From: Auanema rhodensis
Lineage: Eukaryota; Animalia; Nematoda
Length of the DNA: 64,000 bases
Direction: 5' to 3'
Assembly (NCBI GenBank): GCA_964057225.1
Contig: OZ059898.1
Span: 17,980,001-18,044,000, forward strand
A model generated the notes under the pieces. The model saw only the letters and a program-made list of their open reading frames with translations, did not search any database and was not told where the DNA came from. Shown piece after piece: positions 26,201-41,200 of this stretch (position 1 is the stretch's first letter; each line of letters begins with the position of its first letter). Position numbers and translations under genes: made by a program.

Positions 26201-29200
26201 TAATTTATGCTAATTAAGTGTACACATGATGTGCACTCGGTATGTAACTCGCTTCACGTGAAAGATAAAGAGATGCGGTTTTCAAAATTAGATTCCCCAT
26301 GTCCATATTAGTCTAAAAACAAATTTTTATTGATATTGGTGCATGGTAACCATGACTTTGAAATTTACGTGAACTTTAATTTATGCTAATTAAGTGTACA
26401 CGTGAAGTGCACTTGGTATGTAACTCGCTTCACGTGAAAGATAAAGAGATGCGGTTTTCAAAATTAGATTCCCCATGTCCATATTAGTCTAAAAACAAAT
26501 TTTTATTGATATTGGTGCATGGTAACCATGACTTTGAAATTTACGTGAACTTTAATTTATGCTAATTAAGTGTACACATGATGTGCACTCGGTATGTAAC
26601 TCGCTTCACGTGAAAGATAAAGAGATGCGGTTTTCAAAATTAGACTCCGTATGTCCATATTAGTCTAAAAACAAATTTTTATTGATATTGGTGCATGGTA
26701 ACCATGACTTTGAAATTTACGTGAACTTTAATTTATGCTAATTAAGTGTACACATGATGTGCACTCGGTATGTAACTCGCTTCACGTGAAAGATAAAGAG
26801 ATGCGGTTTTCAAAATTAGGTTCCCCATGTCCATATTAGTCTAAAAACAAATTTTTGTTGATATTGGTGGATGGTAACCATGACTTTCAAATTTACGTGA
26901 ACTTTAATTCATGCTAATTAAGTGTACACATGATGTGCACTTGGTATGTAACTCGCTTCACGTGAAAGATAAAGAGATGCGGTTTTCAAAATTAGATTTC
27001 GCATGTCCATATTAGTCTAAAAACAAATTTTTATTGATATTGGTGCATGGTAACCATGACTTTGAAATTTACGTGAACTTTAATTTATGCTAATTAAGTG
27101 TACACGTGATGTGCACTTGGTATGTAACTCGCTTCACGTGAAAGATAAAGAGATGCGGTTTTCAAAATTAGATTCCCCATGTCCATATTAGTCTAAAAAC
27201 AAATTTTTATTGATATTGGTGCATGGTAACCATGACTTTGAAATTTACGTGAACTTTAATTTATGCTAATTAAGTGTACACGTGAAGTGCACTTGGTATG
27301 TAACTCGCTTCACGTGAAAGATAAAGAGATGCGGTTTTCAAAATTAGATTCCGCATGTCCATATTAGTCTTAAAACAAATTTTTATTGATATTGGTGCAT
27401 GGTAACCATGACTTTGAAATTTACGTGAACTTTAATTTATGCTAATTAAGTGTACACGTGATGTGCACTTGGTATGTAACTCGCTTCACGTGAAAGATAA
27501 AGAGATGCGGTTTCTAAAATTAGATTTCGCATGTCCATATTAGTCTAAAAACAAATTTTTATTGATATTGGTGCATGGTAACCATGACTTTGAAATTTAC
27601 GTGAACTTTAATTTATGCTAATTAAGTGTACACATGATGTGCACTCGGTATGTAACTCGCTTCACGTGAAAGATAAAGAGATGCGGTTTTCAAAATTAGA
27701 TTCCGTATGTCCATATTAGTCTAAAAACGAATTTTTATTGATATTGATGCATGGTAACCATGACTTTGAAATTTACGTGAACTTTAATTTATGCTTATTA
27801 AGTGTACACGTGATGTGCACTTGGTATGTAACTCGCTTCACGTGAAAGATAAAGGGATGCGGTTTTCAAAATTAGATTCCCCATGTCCATATTAGTCTAA
27901 AAATAAATTTTTGTTGATATTGGTGGATGGTAACCATGACTTTGAAATTTACGTGAACTTTAATTTATGCTAATTAAGTGTACACGTGATGTGCACTTGG
28001 TATGTAACTCGCTTCACGTGAAAGATGAAGAGATGCGGTTTTCAAAATTAGGTTCCCCATGTCCATATTAGTCTAAAAACAAATTTTTGTTGATATTGGT
28101 GGATGGTAACCATGACTTTCAAATTTACGTGAACTTTAATTCATGCTAATTAAGTGTACACATGATGTGCACTTGGTATGTAACTCGCTTCACGTGAAAG
28201 ATAAAGAGATGCGGTTTTCAAAATTAGATTTCGCATGTCCATATTAGTCTAAAAACAAATTTTTATTGATATTGGTGCATGGTAACCATGACTTTGAAAT
28301 TTACGTGAACTTTAATTTATGCTAATTAAGTGTACACGTGATGTGCACTTGGTATGTAACTCGCTTCACGTGAAAGATAAAGAGATGCGGTTTTCAAAAT
28401 TAGATTCCCCATGTCCATATTAGTCTAAAAACAAATTTTTATTGATATTGGTGCATGGTAACCATGACTTTGAAATTTACGTGAACTTTAATTTATGCTA
28501 ATTAAGTGTACACGTGAAGTGCACTTGGTATGTAACTCGCTTCACGTGAAAGATAAAGAGATGCGGTTTTCAAAATTAGATTCCCCATGTCCATATTAGT
28601 CTAAAAACAAATTTTTATTGATATTGGTGAATGGTAACCATGACTTTGAAATTTACGTGAACTTTAATTTATGCTAATTAAGTGTACACATGATGTGCAC
28701 TCGGTATGTAACTCGCTTCACGTGAAAGATAAAGAGATGCGGTTTTCAAAATTAGATTCCGCATGTCCATATTAGTCTAAAAACAAATTTTTATTGATAT
28801 TGGTGCATGGTAACCATGACTTTGAAATTTACGTGAACTTTAATTTATGCTAATTAAGTGTACACGTGATGTGCACTTGGTATGTAACTCGCTTCACGTG
28901 AAAGATAAAGAGATGCGGTTTCCAAAATTAGATTTCGCATGTCCATATTAGTCTAAAAACAAATTTTTGTTGATATTTGTGGATGGTAACCATGACTTTG
29001 AAATTTACGTGAACTTTAATTTATGCTAATTAAGTGTACACGTGATGTGCACTTGGTATGTAACTCGCTTTACGTGAAAGATGAAGAGATGCGGTTTTCA
29101 AAATTAGGTTCCCCATGTCCATATTAGTCTAAAAACAAATTTTTATTGATATTGGTGCATGGTAACCATGACTTTGAAATTTACGTGAACTTTAATTTAT

Positions 29201-32200
29201 GCTAATTAAGTGTACACGTGAAGTGCACTTGGTATGTAACTCGCTTCACGTGAAAGATAAAGAGATGCGATTTTCAAAATTAGATTTCGCATGTCCATAT
29301 TAGTCTAAAAACGAATTTTTATTGATATTGGTGCATGGTAACCATGACTTTGAAATTTACGTGAACTTTAATTTATGCTAATTAAGTGTACACATGATGT
29401 GCACTCGGTATGTAACTCGCTTCACGTGAAAGATAAAGAGATGCGGTTTTCAAAATTAGATTCCGCATGTCCATATTAGTCTAAAAACAAATTTTTATTG
29501 ATATTGGTGCATGGTAACCATGACTTTGAAATTTACGTGAACTTTAATTTATGCTAATTAAGTGTACACATGATGTGCACTCGGTATGTAACTCGCTTCA
29601 CGTGAAAGATAAAGAGATGCGGTTTTCAAAATTAGATTCCGCATGTCCATATTAGTCTAAAAACAAATTTTTATTGATATTGGTGCATGGTAACCATGAC
29701 TTTGAAATTTACGTGAACTTTAATTTATGCTAATTAAGTGTACACGTGATGTGCACTTGGTATGTAACTCGCTTCACGTGAAAGATAAAGAGATGCGGTT
29801 TCCAAAATTAGATTTCGCATGTCCATATTAGTCTAAAAACAAATTTTTGTTGATATTTGTGGATGGTAACCATGACTTTGAAATTTACGTGAACTTTAAT
29901 TTATGCTAATTAAGTGTACACGTGATGTGCACTTGGTATGTAACTCGCTTTACGTGAAAGATGAAGAGATGCGGTTTTCAAAATTAGGTTCCCCATGTCC
30001 ATATTAGTCTAAAAACAAATTTTTATTGATATTGGTGCATGGTAACCATGACTTTGAAATTTACGTGAACTTTAATTTATGCTAATTAAGTGTACACGTG
30101 AAGTGCACTTGGTATGTAACTCGCTTCACGTGAAAGATAAAGAGATGCGATTTCCAAAATTAGATTTCGCATGTCCATATTAGTCTAAAAACGAATTTTT
30201 ATTGATATTGGTGCATGGTAACCATGACTTTGAAATTTACGTGAACTTTAATTTATGCTAATTAAGTGTACACGTGATGTGCACTTGGTATGTAACTCGC
30301 TTCACGTGAAAGATAAAGAGATGCGGTTTTCAAAATTAGATTCCCCATGTCCATATTAGTCTAAAAACAAATTTTTATTGATATTGGTGCATGGTAACCA
30401 TGACTTTGAAATTTACGTGAACTTTAATTTATGCTAATTAAGTGTACACGTGAAGTGCACTTGGTATGTAACTCGCTTCACGTGAAAGATAAAGAGATGC
30501 GGTTTTCAAAATTAGATTCCCCATGTCCATATTAGTCTAAAAACAAATTTTTATTGATATTGGTGCATGGTAACCATGACTTTGAAATTTACGTGAACTT
30601 TAATTTATGCTAATTAAGTGTACACATGATGTGCACTCGGTATGTAACTCGCTTCACGTGAAAGATAAAGAGATGCGGTTTTCAAAATTAGATTCCGCAT
30701 GTCCATATTAGTCTAAAAACAAATTTTTATTGATATTGGTGCATGGTAACCATGACTTTGAAATTTACGTGAACTTTAATTTATGCTAATTAAGTGTACA
30801 CGTGATGTGCACTTGGTATGTAACTCGCTTCACGTGAAAGATAAAGAGATGCGGTTTCCAAAATTAGATTTCGCATGTCCATATTAGTCTAAAAACAAAT
30901 TTTTGTTGATATTTGTGGATGGTAACCATGACTTTGAAATTTACGTGAACTGTAATTTATGCTAATTAAGTGTACACGTGATGTGCACTTGGTATGTAAC
31001 TCGCTTCACGTGAAAGATGAAGAGATGCGGTTTTCAAAATTAGGTTCCCCATGTCCATATTAGTCTAAAAACAAATTTTTATTGATATTGGTGCATGGTA
31101 ACCATGACTTTGAAATTTACGTGAACTTTAATTTATGCTAATTAAGTGTACACGTGAAGTGCACTTGGTATGTAACTCGCTTCACGTGAAAGATAAAGAG
31201 ATGCGGTTTTCAAAATTAGATTCCCCATGACCATATTAGTCTAAAAACAAATTTTTATTGATATTGGTGCATGGTAACCATGACTTTGAAATTTACGTGA
31301 ACTTTAATTTATGCTAATTAAGTGTACACATGATGTGCACTCGGTATGTAACTCGCTTCACGTGAAAGATAAAGAGATGCGGTTTTCAAAATTAGATTCC
31401 GCATGTCCATATTAGTCTAAAAACAAATTTTTATTGATATTGGTGCATGGTAACCATGACTTTGAAATTTACGTGAACTTTAATTTATGCTAATTAAGTG
31501 TACACGTGATGTGCACTTGGTATGTAACTCGCTTCACGTGAAAGATAAAGAGATGCGGTTTCCAAAATTAGATTTCGCATGTCCATATTAGTCTAGAAAC
31601 AAATTTTTATTGATATTGGTGCATGGTAACCATGACTTTGAAATTTACGTGAACTTCAATTTATGCTAATTAAGTGTACACGTGATGTGCACTTGGTATG
31701 TAACTCACTTCACGTGAAAGATAAAGAGATGCGGTTTTCAAAATTAGATTCCCCATGTTTATATTAGTCTAAAAACAAATTTTTATTGATATTGGTGCAT
31801 GGCAACCATGACTTTAAAATCTACGAGTACTTTAATTTATGCTAATTAAGTGTACACATGATGTGCACTTGGTATGTAACTCGCTTCACGTGAAAGATAA
31901 AGAGATGCGGTTTTCAAAATTAGATTCCTCATGTCCATATTAGTCTAAAAACGAATTTTTATTGATATTGATGCATGGTAACCATGACTTTGAAATTTAC
32001 GTGAACTTTAATTTATGCTTATTAAGTGTACACGTGATGTGCACTTGGTATGTAACTCGCTTCACGTGAAAGATAAAGGGATGCGGTTTTCAAAATTAGA
32101 TTCCCCATGTCCATATTAGTCTAAAAACAAATTTTTGTTGATATTGGTGCATGGTAACCATGACTTTGAAATTTACGTGAACTTTAATTTATGCTAATTA

Positions 32201-35200
32201 AGTGTACACGTGATGTGCACTTGGTATGTAACTCGCTTCACGTGAAAGATGAAGAGATGCGGTTTTCAAAATTAGGTTCCCCATGTCCATATTAGTCTAA
32301 AAACAAATTTTTATTGATATTGGTGCATGGTAACCATGACTTTGAAATTTACGTGAACTTTAATTTATGCTAATTAAGTGTACACGTGAAGTGCACTTGG
32401 TATGTAACTCGCTTCACGTGAAAGATAAAGAGATGCGGTTTTCAAAATTAGATTCCCCATGACCATATTAGTCTAAAAACAAATTTTTATTGATATTGGT
32501 GCATGGTAACCATGACTTTGAAATTTACGTGAACTTTAATTTATGCTAATTAAGTGTACACATGATGTGCACTCGGTATGTAACTCGCTTCACGTGAAAG
32601 ATAAAGAGATGCGGTTTTCAAAATTAGATTCCGCATGTCCATATTAGTCTAAAAACAAATTTTTATTGATATTGGTGCATGGTAACCATGACTTTGAAAT
32701 TTACGTGAACTTTAATTTATGCTAATTAAGTGTACACGTGATGTGCACTTGGTATGTAACTCGCTTCACGTGAAAGATGAAGAGATGCGGTTTTCAAAAT
32801 TAGGTTCCCCATGTCCATATTAGTCTAAAAACAAATTTTTATTGATATTGGTGCATGGTAACCATGACTTTGAAATTTACGTGAACTTTAATTTATGCTA
32901 ATTAAGTGTACACGTGAAGTGCACTTGGTATGTAACTCGCTTCACGTGAAAGATAAAGAGATGCGGTTTTCAAAATTAGATTCCCCATGACCATATTAGT
33001 CTAAAAACAAATTTTTATTGATATTGGTGCATGGTAACCATGACTTTGAAATTTACGTGAACTTTAATTTATGCTAATTAAGTGTACACATGATGTGCAC
33101 TCGGTATGTAACTCGCTTCACGTGAAAGATAAAGAGATGCGGTTTTCAAAATTAGATTCCGCATGTCCATATTAGTCTAAAAACAAATTTTTATTGATAT
33201 TGGTGCATGGTAACCATGACTTTGAAATTTACGTGAACTTTAATTTATGCTAATTAAGTGTACACGTGATGTGCACTTGGTATGTAACTCGCTTCACGTG
33301 AAAGATAAAGAGATGCGGTTTCCAAAATTAGATTTCGCATGTCCATATTAGTCTAGAAACAAATTTTTATTGATATTGGTGCATGGTAACCATGACTTTG
33401 AAATTTACGTGAACTTCAATTTATGCTAATTAAGTGTACACGTGATGTGCACTTGGTATGTAACTCGCTTCACGTGAAAGATAAAGAGATGCGGTTTTCA
33501 AAATTAGATTCCCCATGTTTATATTAGTCTAAAAACAAATTTTTATTGATATTGGTGCATGGCAACCATGACTTTAAAATCTACGAGTACTTTAATTTAT
33601 GCTAATTAAGTGTACACATGATGTGCACTTGGTATGTAACTCGCTTCACGTGAAAGATAAAGAGATGCGGTTTTCAAAATTAGATTCCTCATGTCCATAT
33701 TAGTCTAAAAACGAATTTTTATTGATATTGATGCATGGTAACCATGACTTTGAAATTTACGTGAACTTTAATTTATGCTTATTAAGTGTACACGTGATGT
33801 GCACTTGGTATGTAACTCGCTTCACGTGAAAGATAAAGGGATGCGGTTTTCAAAATTAGATTCCCCATGTCCATATTAGTCTAAAAACAAATTTTTGTTG
33901 ATATTGGTGCATGGTAACCATGACTTTGAAATTTACGTGAACTTTAATTTATGCTAATTAAGTGTACACGTGATGTGCACTTGGTATGTAACTCGCTTCA
34001 CGTGAAAGATGAAGAGATGCGGTTTTCAAAATTAGGTTCCCCATGTCCATATTAGTCTAAAAACAAATTTTTATTGATATTGGTGCATGGTAACCATGAC
34101 TTTGAAATTTACGTGAACTTTAATTTATGCTAATTAAGTGTACACGTGAAGTGCACTTGGTATGTAACTCGCTTCACGTGAAAGATAAAGAGATGCGGTT
34201 TTAAAAATTAGATTCCCCATGACCATATTAGTCTAAAAACAAATTTTTATTGATATTGGTGCATGGTAACCATGACTTTGAAATTTACGTGAACTTTAAT
34301 TTATGCTAATTAAGTGTACACATGATGTGCACTCGGTATGTAACTCGCTTCACGTGTAAGATAAAGAGATGCGGTTTTCAAAATTAGATTCCGCATGTCC
34401 ATATTAGTCTAAAAACAAATTTTTATTGATATTGGTGCATGGTAACCATGACTTTGAAATTTACGTGAACTTTAATTTATGCTAATTAAGTGTACACGTG
34501 ATGTGCACTTGGTATGTAACTCGCTTCACGTGAAAGATAAAGAGATGCGGTTTCCAAAATTAGATTTCGCATGTCCATATTAGTCTAAAAACAAATTCTT
34601 ATTGATATTGGTGCATGGTAACCATGACTTTGAAATTTACGTGAACTTCAATTTATGCTAATTAAGTGTACACGTGATGTGCACTTGGTATGTAACTCGC
34701 TTCACGTGAAAGATAAAGAGATGCGGTTTTCAAAATTAGATTCCCCATGTTTATATTAGTCTAAAAACAAATTTTTATTGATATTGGTGCATGGCAACCA
34801 TGACTTTAAAATCTACGAGTACTTTAATTTATGCTAATTAAGTGTACACATGATGTGCACTTGGTATGTAACTCGCTTCACGTGAAAGATAAAGAGATGC
34901 GGTTTTCAAAATTAGATTCCTCATGTCCATATTAGTCTAAAAACGAATTTTTATTGATATTGATGCATGGTAACCATGACTTTGAAATTTACGTGAACTT
35001 TAATTTATGCTTATTAAGTGTACACGTGATGTGCACTTGGTATGTAACTCGCTTCACGTGAAAGATAAAGGGATGCGGTTTTCAAAATTAGATTCCCCAT
35101 GTCCATATTAGTCTAAAAACAAATTTTTGTTGATATTGGTGGATGGTAACCATGACTTTGAAATTTACGTGAACTTTAATTTATGCTAATTAAGTGTACA

Positions 35201-38200
35201 CGTGATGTGCACTTGGTATGTAACTCGCTTCACGTGAAAGATGAAGAGATGCGGTTTTCAAAATTAGGTTTCCCATGTCCATATTAGTCTAAAAACAAAT
35301 TTTTGTTGATATTGGTGGATGGTAACCATGACTTTCAAATTTACGTGAACTTTAATTTATGCTAATTAAGTGTACACATGATGTGCACTTGGTATGTAAC
35401 TCGCTTCACGTGAAAGATAAAGAGATGCGGTTTTCAAAATTAGATTTCGCATGTCCATATTAGTCTAAAAACAAATTTTTATTGATATTGGTGCATGGTA
35501 ACCATGACTTTGAAATTTACGTGAACTTTAATTTATGCTAATTAAGTGTACACGTGATGTGCACTTGGTATGTAACTCGCTTCACGTGAAAGATAAAGAG
35601 ATGCGGTTTTCAAAATTAGATTCCCCATGTCCATATTAGTCTAAAAACAAATTTTTATTGATATTGGTGCATGGTAACCATGACTTTGAAATTTACGTGA
35701 ACTTTAATTTATGCTAATTAAGTGTACACGTGAAGTGCACTTGGTATGTAACTCGCTTCACGTGAAAGATAAAGAGATGCGGTTTTCAAAATTAGATTCC
35801 CCATGTCCATATTAGTCTAAAAACAAATTTTTATTGATATTGGTGCATGGTAACCATGACTTTGAAATTTACGTGAACTTTAATTTATGCTAATTAAGTG
35901 TACACATGATGTGCACTCGGTATGTAACTCGCTTCACGTGAAAGATAAAGAGATGCGGTTTTCAAAATTAGATTCCGCATGTCCATATTAGTCTAAAAAC
36001 AAATTTTTATTGATATTGGTGCATGGTAACCATGACTTTGAAATTTACGTGAACTTTAATTTATGCTAATTAAGTGTACACGTGATGTGCACTTGGTATG
36101 TAACTCGCTTCACGTGAAAGATAAAGAGATGCGGTTTCCAAAATTAGATTTCGCATGTCCATATTAGTCTAAAAACAAATTTTTGTTGATATTTGTGGAT
36201 GGTAACCATGACTTTGAAATTTACGTGAACTTTAATTTATGCTAATTAAGTGTACACGTGATGTGCACTTGGTATGTAACTCGCTTTACGTGAAAGATGA
36301 AGAGATGCGGTTTTCAAAATTAGGTTCCCCATGTCCATATTAGTCTAAAAACAAATTTTTATTGATATTGGTGCATGGTAACCATGACTTTGAAATTTAC
36401 GTGAACTTTAATTTATGCTAATTAAGTGTACACGTGATGTGCACTTGGTATGTAACTCGCTTCACGTGAAAGATAAAGAGATGCGGTTTCCAAAATTAGA
36501 TTTCGCATGTCCATATTAGTCTAAAAACAAATTTTTGTTGATATTTGTGGATGGTAACCATGACTTTGAAATTTACGTGAACTTTAATTTATGCTAATTA
36601 AGTGTACACGTGATGTGCACTTGGTATGTAACTCGCTTTACGTGAAAGATGAAGAGATGCGGTTTTCAAAATTAGGTTCCCCATGTCCATATTAGTCTAA
36701 AAACAAATTTTTATTGATATTGGTGCATGGTAACCATGACTTTGAAATTTACGTGAACTTTAATTTATGCTAATTAAGTGTACACGTGAAGTGCACTTGG
36801 TATGTAACTCGCTTCACGTGAAAGATAAAGAGATGCGGTTTTCAAAATTAGATTCCCCATGACCATATTAGTCTAAAAACAAATTTTTATTGATATTGGT
36901 GCATGGTAACCATGACTTTGAAATTTACGTGAACTTTAATTTATGCTAATTAAGTGTACACATGATGTGCACTCGGTATGTAACTCGCTTCACGTGAAAG
37001 ATAAAGAGATGCGGTTTTCAAAATTAGATTCCGCATGTCCATATTAGTCTAAAAACAAATTTTTATTGATATTGGTGCATGGTAACCATGACTTTGAAAT
37101 TTACGTGAACTTTAATTTATGCTAATTAAGTGTACACGTGATGTGCACTTGGTATGTAACTCGCTTCACGTGAAAGATAAAGAGATGCGGTTTCCAAAAT
37201 TAGATTTCGCATGTCCATATTAGTCTAAAAACAAATTTTTATTGATATTGGTGCATGGTAACCATGACTTTGAAATTTACGTGAACTTCAATTTATGCTA
37301 ATTAAGTGTACACGTGATGTGCACTTGGTATGTAACTCGCTTCACGTGAAAGATAAAGAGATGCGGTTTCCAAAATTAGATTTCGCATGTCCATATTAGT
37401 CTAAAAACAAATGTTTATTGATATTGGTGCATGGTAACCATGACTTTGAAATTTACGTGAACTTTAATTTATGCTAATTAAGTGTACACGTGATGTGCAC
37501 TTGGTATGTAACTCGCTTCACGTGAAAGATAAAGAGATGCGGTTTCCAAAATTAGATTTCGCATGTCCATATTAGTCTAAAAACAAATGTTTATTGATAT
37601 TGGTGCATGGTAACCATGACTTTGAAATTTACGTGAACTTTAATTTATGCTAATTAAGTGTACACGTGATGTGCACTTGGTATGTAACTCGCTTCACGTG
37701 AAAGATAAAGAGATGCGGTTTTCAAAATTAGATTCCCCATGTCCATATTAGTCTAAAAACAAATTTTTATTGATATTGGTGCATGGTAACCATGACTTTG
37801 AAATTTACGTGAACTTTAATTTATGCTAATTAAGTGTACACATGATGTGCACTCGGTATGTAACTCGCTTCACGTGAAAGATAAAGAGATGCGGTTTTCA
37901 AAATTAGATTCCGCATGTCCATATTAGTCTAAAAACAAATTTTTATTGATATTGGTGCATGGTAACCATGACTTTGAAATTTACGTGAACTTTAATTTAT
38001 GCTAATTAAGTGTACACGTGATGTGCACTTGGTATGTAACTCGCTTCACGTGAAAGATAAAGAGATGCGGTTTCCAAAATTAGATTTCGCATGTCCATAT
38101 TAGTCTAAAAACAAATTTTTGTTGATATTTGTGGATGGTAACCATGACTTTGAAATTTACGTGAACTTTAATTTATGCTAATTAAGTGTACACGTGATGT

Positions 38201-41200
38201 GCACTTGGTATGTAACTCGCTTTACGTGAAAGATGAAGAGATGCGGTTTTCAAATTTAGGTTCCCCATGTCCATATTAGTCTAAAAACAAATTTTTATTG
38301 ATATTGGTGCATGGTAACCATGACTTTGAAATTTACGTGAACTTTAATTTATGCTAATTAAGTGTACACGTGATGTGCACTTGGTATGTAACTCGCTTCA
38401 CGTGAAAGATAAAGAGATGCGGTTTCCAAAATTAGATTTCGCATGTCCATATTAGTCTAAAAACAAATTTTTGTTGATATTTGTGGATGGTAACCATGAC
38501 TTTGAAATTTACGTGAACTTTAATTTATGCTAATTAAGTGTACACGTGATGTGCACTTGGTATGTAACTCGCTTTACGTGAAAGATGAAGAGATGCGGTT
38601 TTCAAAATTAGGTTCCCCATGTCCATATTAGTCTAAAAACAAATTTTTATTGATATTGGTGCATGGTAACCATGACTTTGAAATTTACGTGAACTTTAAT
38701 TTATGCTAATTAAGTGTACACGTGAAGTGCACTTGGTATGTAACTCGCTTCACGTGAAAGATAAAGAGATGCGGTTTTCAAAATTAGATTCCCCATGACC
38801 ATATTAGTCTAAAAACAAATTTTTATTGATATTGGTGCATGGTAACCATGACTTTGAAATTTACGTGAACTTTAATTTATGCTAATTAAGTGTACACATG
38901 ATGTGCACTCGGTATGTAACTCGCTTCACGTGAAAGATAAAGAGATGCGGTTTTCAAAATTAGATTCCGCATGTCCATATTAGTCTAAAAACAAATTTTT
39001 ATTGATATTGGTGCATGGTAACCATGACTTTGAAATTTACGTGAACTTTAATTTATGCTAATTAAGTGTACACGTGATGTGCACTTGGTATGTAACTCGC
39101 TTCACGTGAAAGATAAAGAGATGCGGTTTCCAAAATTAGATTTCGCATGTCCATATTAGTCTAAAAACAAATTTTTATTGATATTGGTGCATGGTAACCA
39201 TGACTTTGAAATTTACGTGAACTTCAATTTATGCTAATTAAGTGTACACGTGATGTGCACTTGGTATGTAACTCGCTTCACGTGAAAGATAAAGAGATGC
39301 GGTTTCCAAAATTAGATTTCGCATGTCCATATTAGTCTAAAAACAAATGTTTATTGATATTGGTGCATGGTAACCATGACTTTGAAATTTACGTGAACTT
39401 TAATTTATGCTAATTAAGTGTACACGTGATGTGCACTTGGTATGTAACTCGCTTCACGTGAAAGATAAAGAGATGCGGTTTCCAAAATTAGATTTCGCAT
39501 GTCCATATTAGTCTAAAAACAAATTTTTATTGATATTGGTGCATGGCAACCATGACTTTAAAATCTACGAGTACTTTAATTTATGCTAATTAAGTGTACA
39601 CGTGAAGTGCACTCGGTATGTAACTCGCTTCACGTGAAAGATAAAGAGATGCGGTTTCCAAAATTAGATTTCGCATGTCCATATTAGTCTAAAAACAAAT
39701 TTTTATTGATATTGGTGCATGGTAACCATGACTTTGAAATTTACGTGAACTTCAATTTATGCTAATTAAGTGTACACGTGATGTGCACTTGGTATGTAAC
39801 TCGCTTCACGTGAAAGATAAAGAGATGCGGTTTTCAAAATTAGATTCCTCATGTCCATATTAGTCTAAAAACGAATTTTTATTGATATTGATGCATGGTA
39901 ACCATGACTTTGAAATTTACGTGAACTTTAATTTATGCTAATTAAGTGTACACGTGTAGTGCACTTGGTATGTAACTCGCTTCACGTGAAAGATAAAGAG
40001 ATGCGGTTTTCAAAATTAGATTCCCCATGACCATATTAGTCTAAAAACAAATTTTTATTGATATTGGTGCATGGTAACCATGACTTTGAAATTTACGTGA
40101 ACTTTAATTTATGCTAATTAAGTGTACACGTGATGTGCACTTGGTATGTAACTCGCTTCACGTGAAAGATAAAGAGATGCGGTTTTCAAAATTAGATTCC
40201 CCATGTTTATATTAGTCTAAAAACAAATTTTTATTGATATTGGTGCATGGCAACCATGACTTTAAAATCTACGAGTACTTTAATTTATGCTAATTAAGTG
40301 TACACGTGAAGTGCACTCGGTATGTAACTCGCTTCACGTGAAAGATAAAGAGATGCGGTTTCCAAAATTAGATTTCGCATGTCCATATTAGTCTAAAAAC
40401 AAATTTTTATTGATATTGGTGCATGGTAACCATGACTTTGAAATTTACGTGAACTTCAATTTATGCTAATTAAGTGTACACGTGATGTGCACTTGGTATG
40501 TAACTCGCTTCACGTGAAAGATAAAGAGATGCGGTTTTCAAAATTAGATTCCTCATGTCCATATTAGTCTAAAAACGAATTTTTATTGATATTGATGCAT
40601 GGTAACCATGACTTTGAAATTTACGTGAACTTTAATTTATGCTAATTAAGTGTACACGTGAAGTGCACTTGGTATGTAACTCGCTTCACGTGAAAGATAA
40701 AGAGATGCGGTTTTCAAAATTAGATTCCCCATGACCATATTAGTCTAAAAACAAATTTTTATTGATATTGGTGCATGGTAACCATGACTTTGAAATTTAC
40801 GTGAACTTTAATTTATGCTAATTAAGTGTACACATGATGTGCACTCGGTATGTAACTCGCTTCACGTGAAAGATAAAGAGATGCGGTTTTCAAAATTAGA
40901 TTCCGCATGTCCATATTAGTCTAAAAACAAATTTTTATTGATATTGGTGCATGGTAACCATGACTTTGAAATTTACGTGAACTTTAATTTATGCTAATTA
41001 AGTGTACACGTGATGTGCACTTGGTATGTAACTCGCTTCACGTGAAAGATAAAGAGATGCGGTTTCCAAAATTAGATTTCGCATGTCCATATTAGTCTAA
41101 AAACAAATTTTTATTGATATTGGTGCATGGTAACCATGACTTTGAAATTTACGTGAACTTCAATTTATGCTAATTAAGTGTACACGTGATGTGCACTTGG

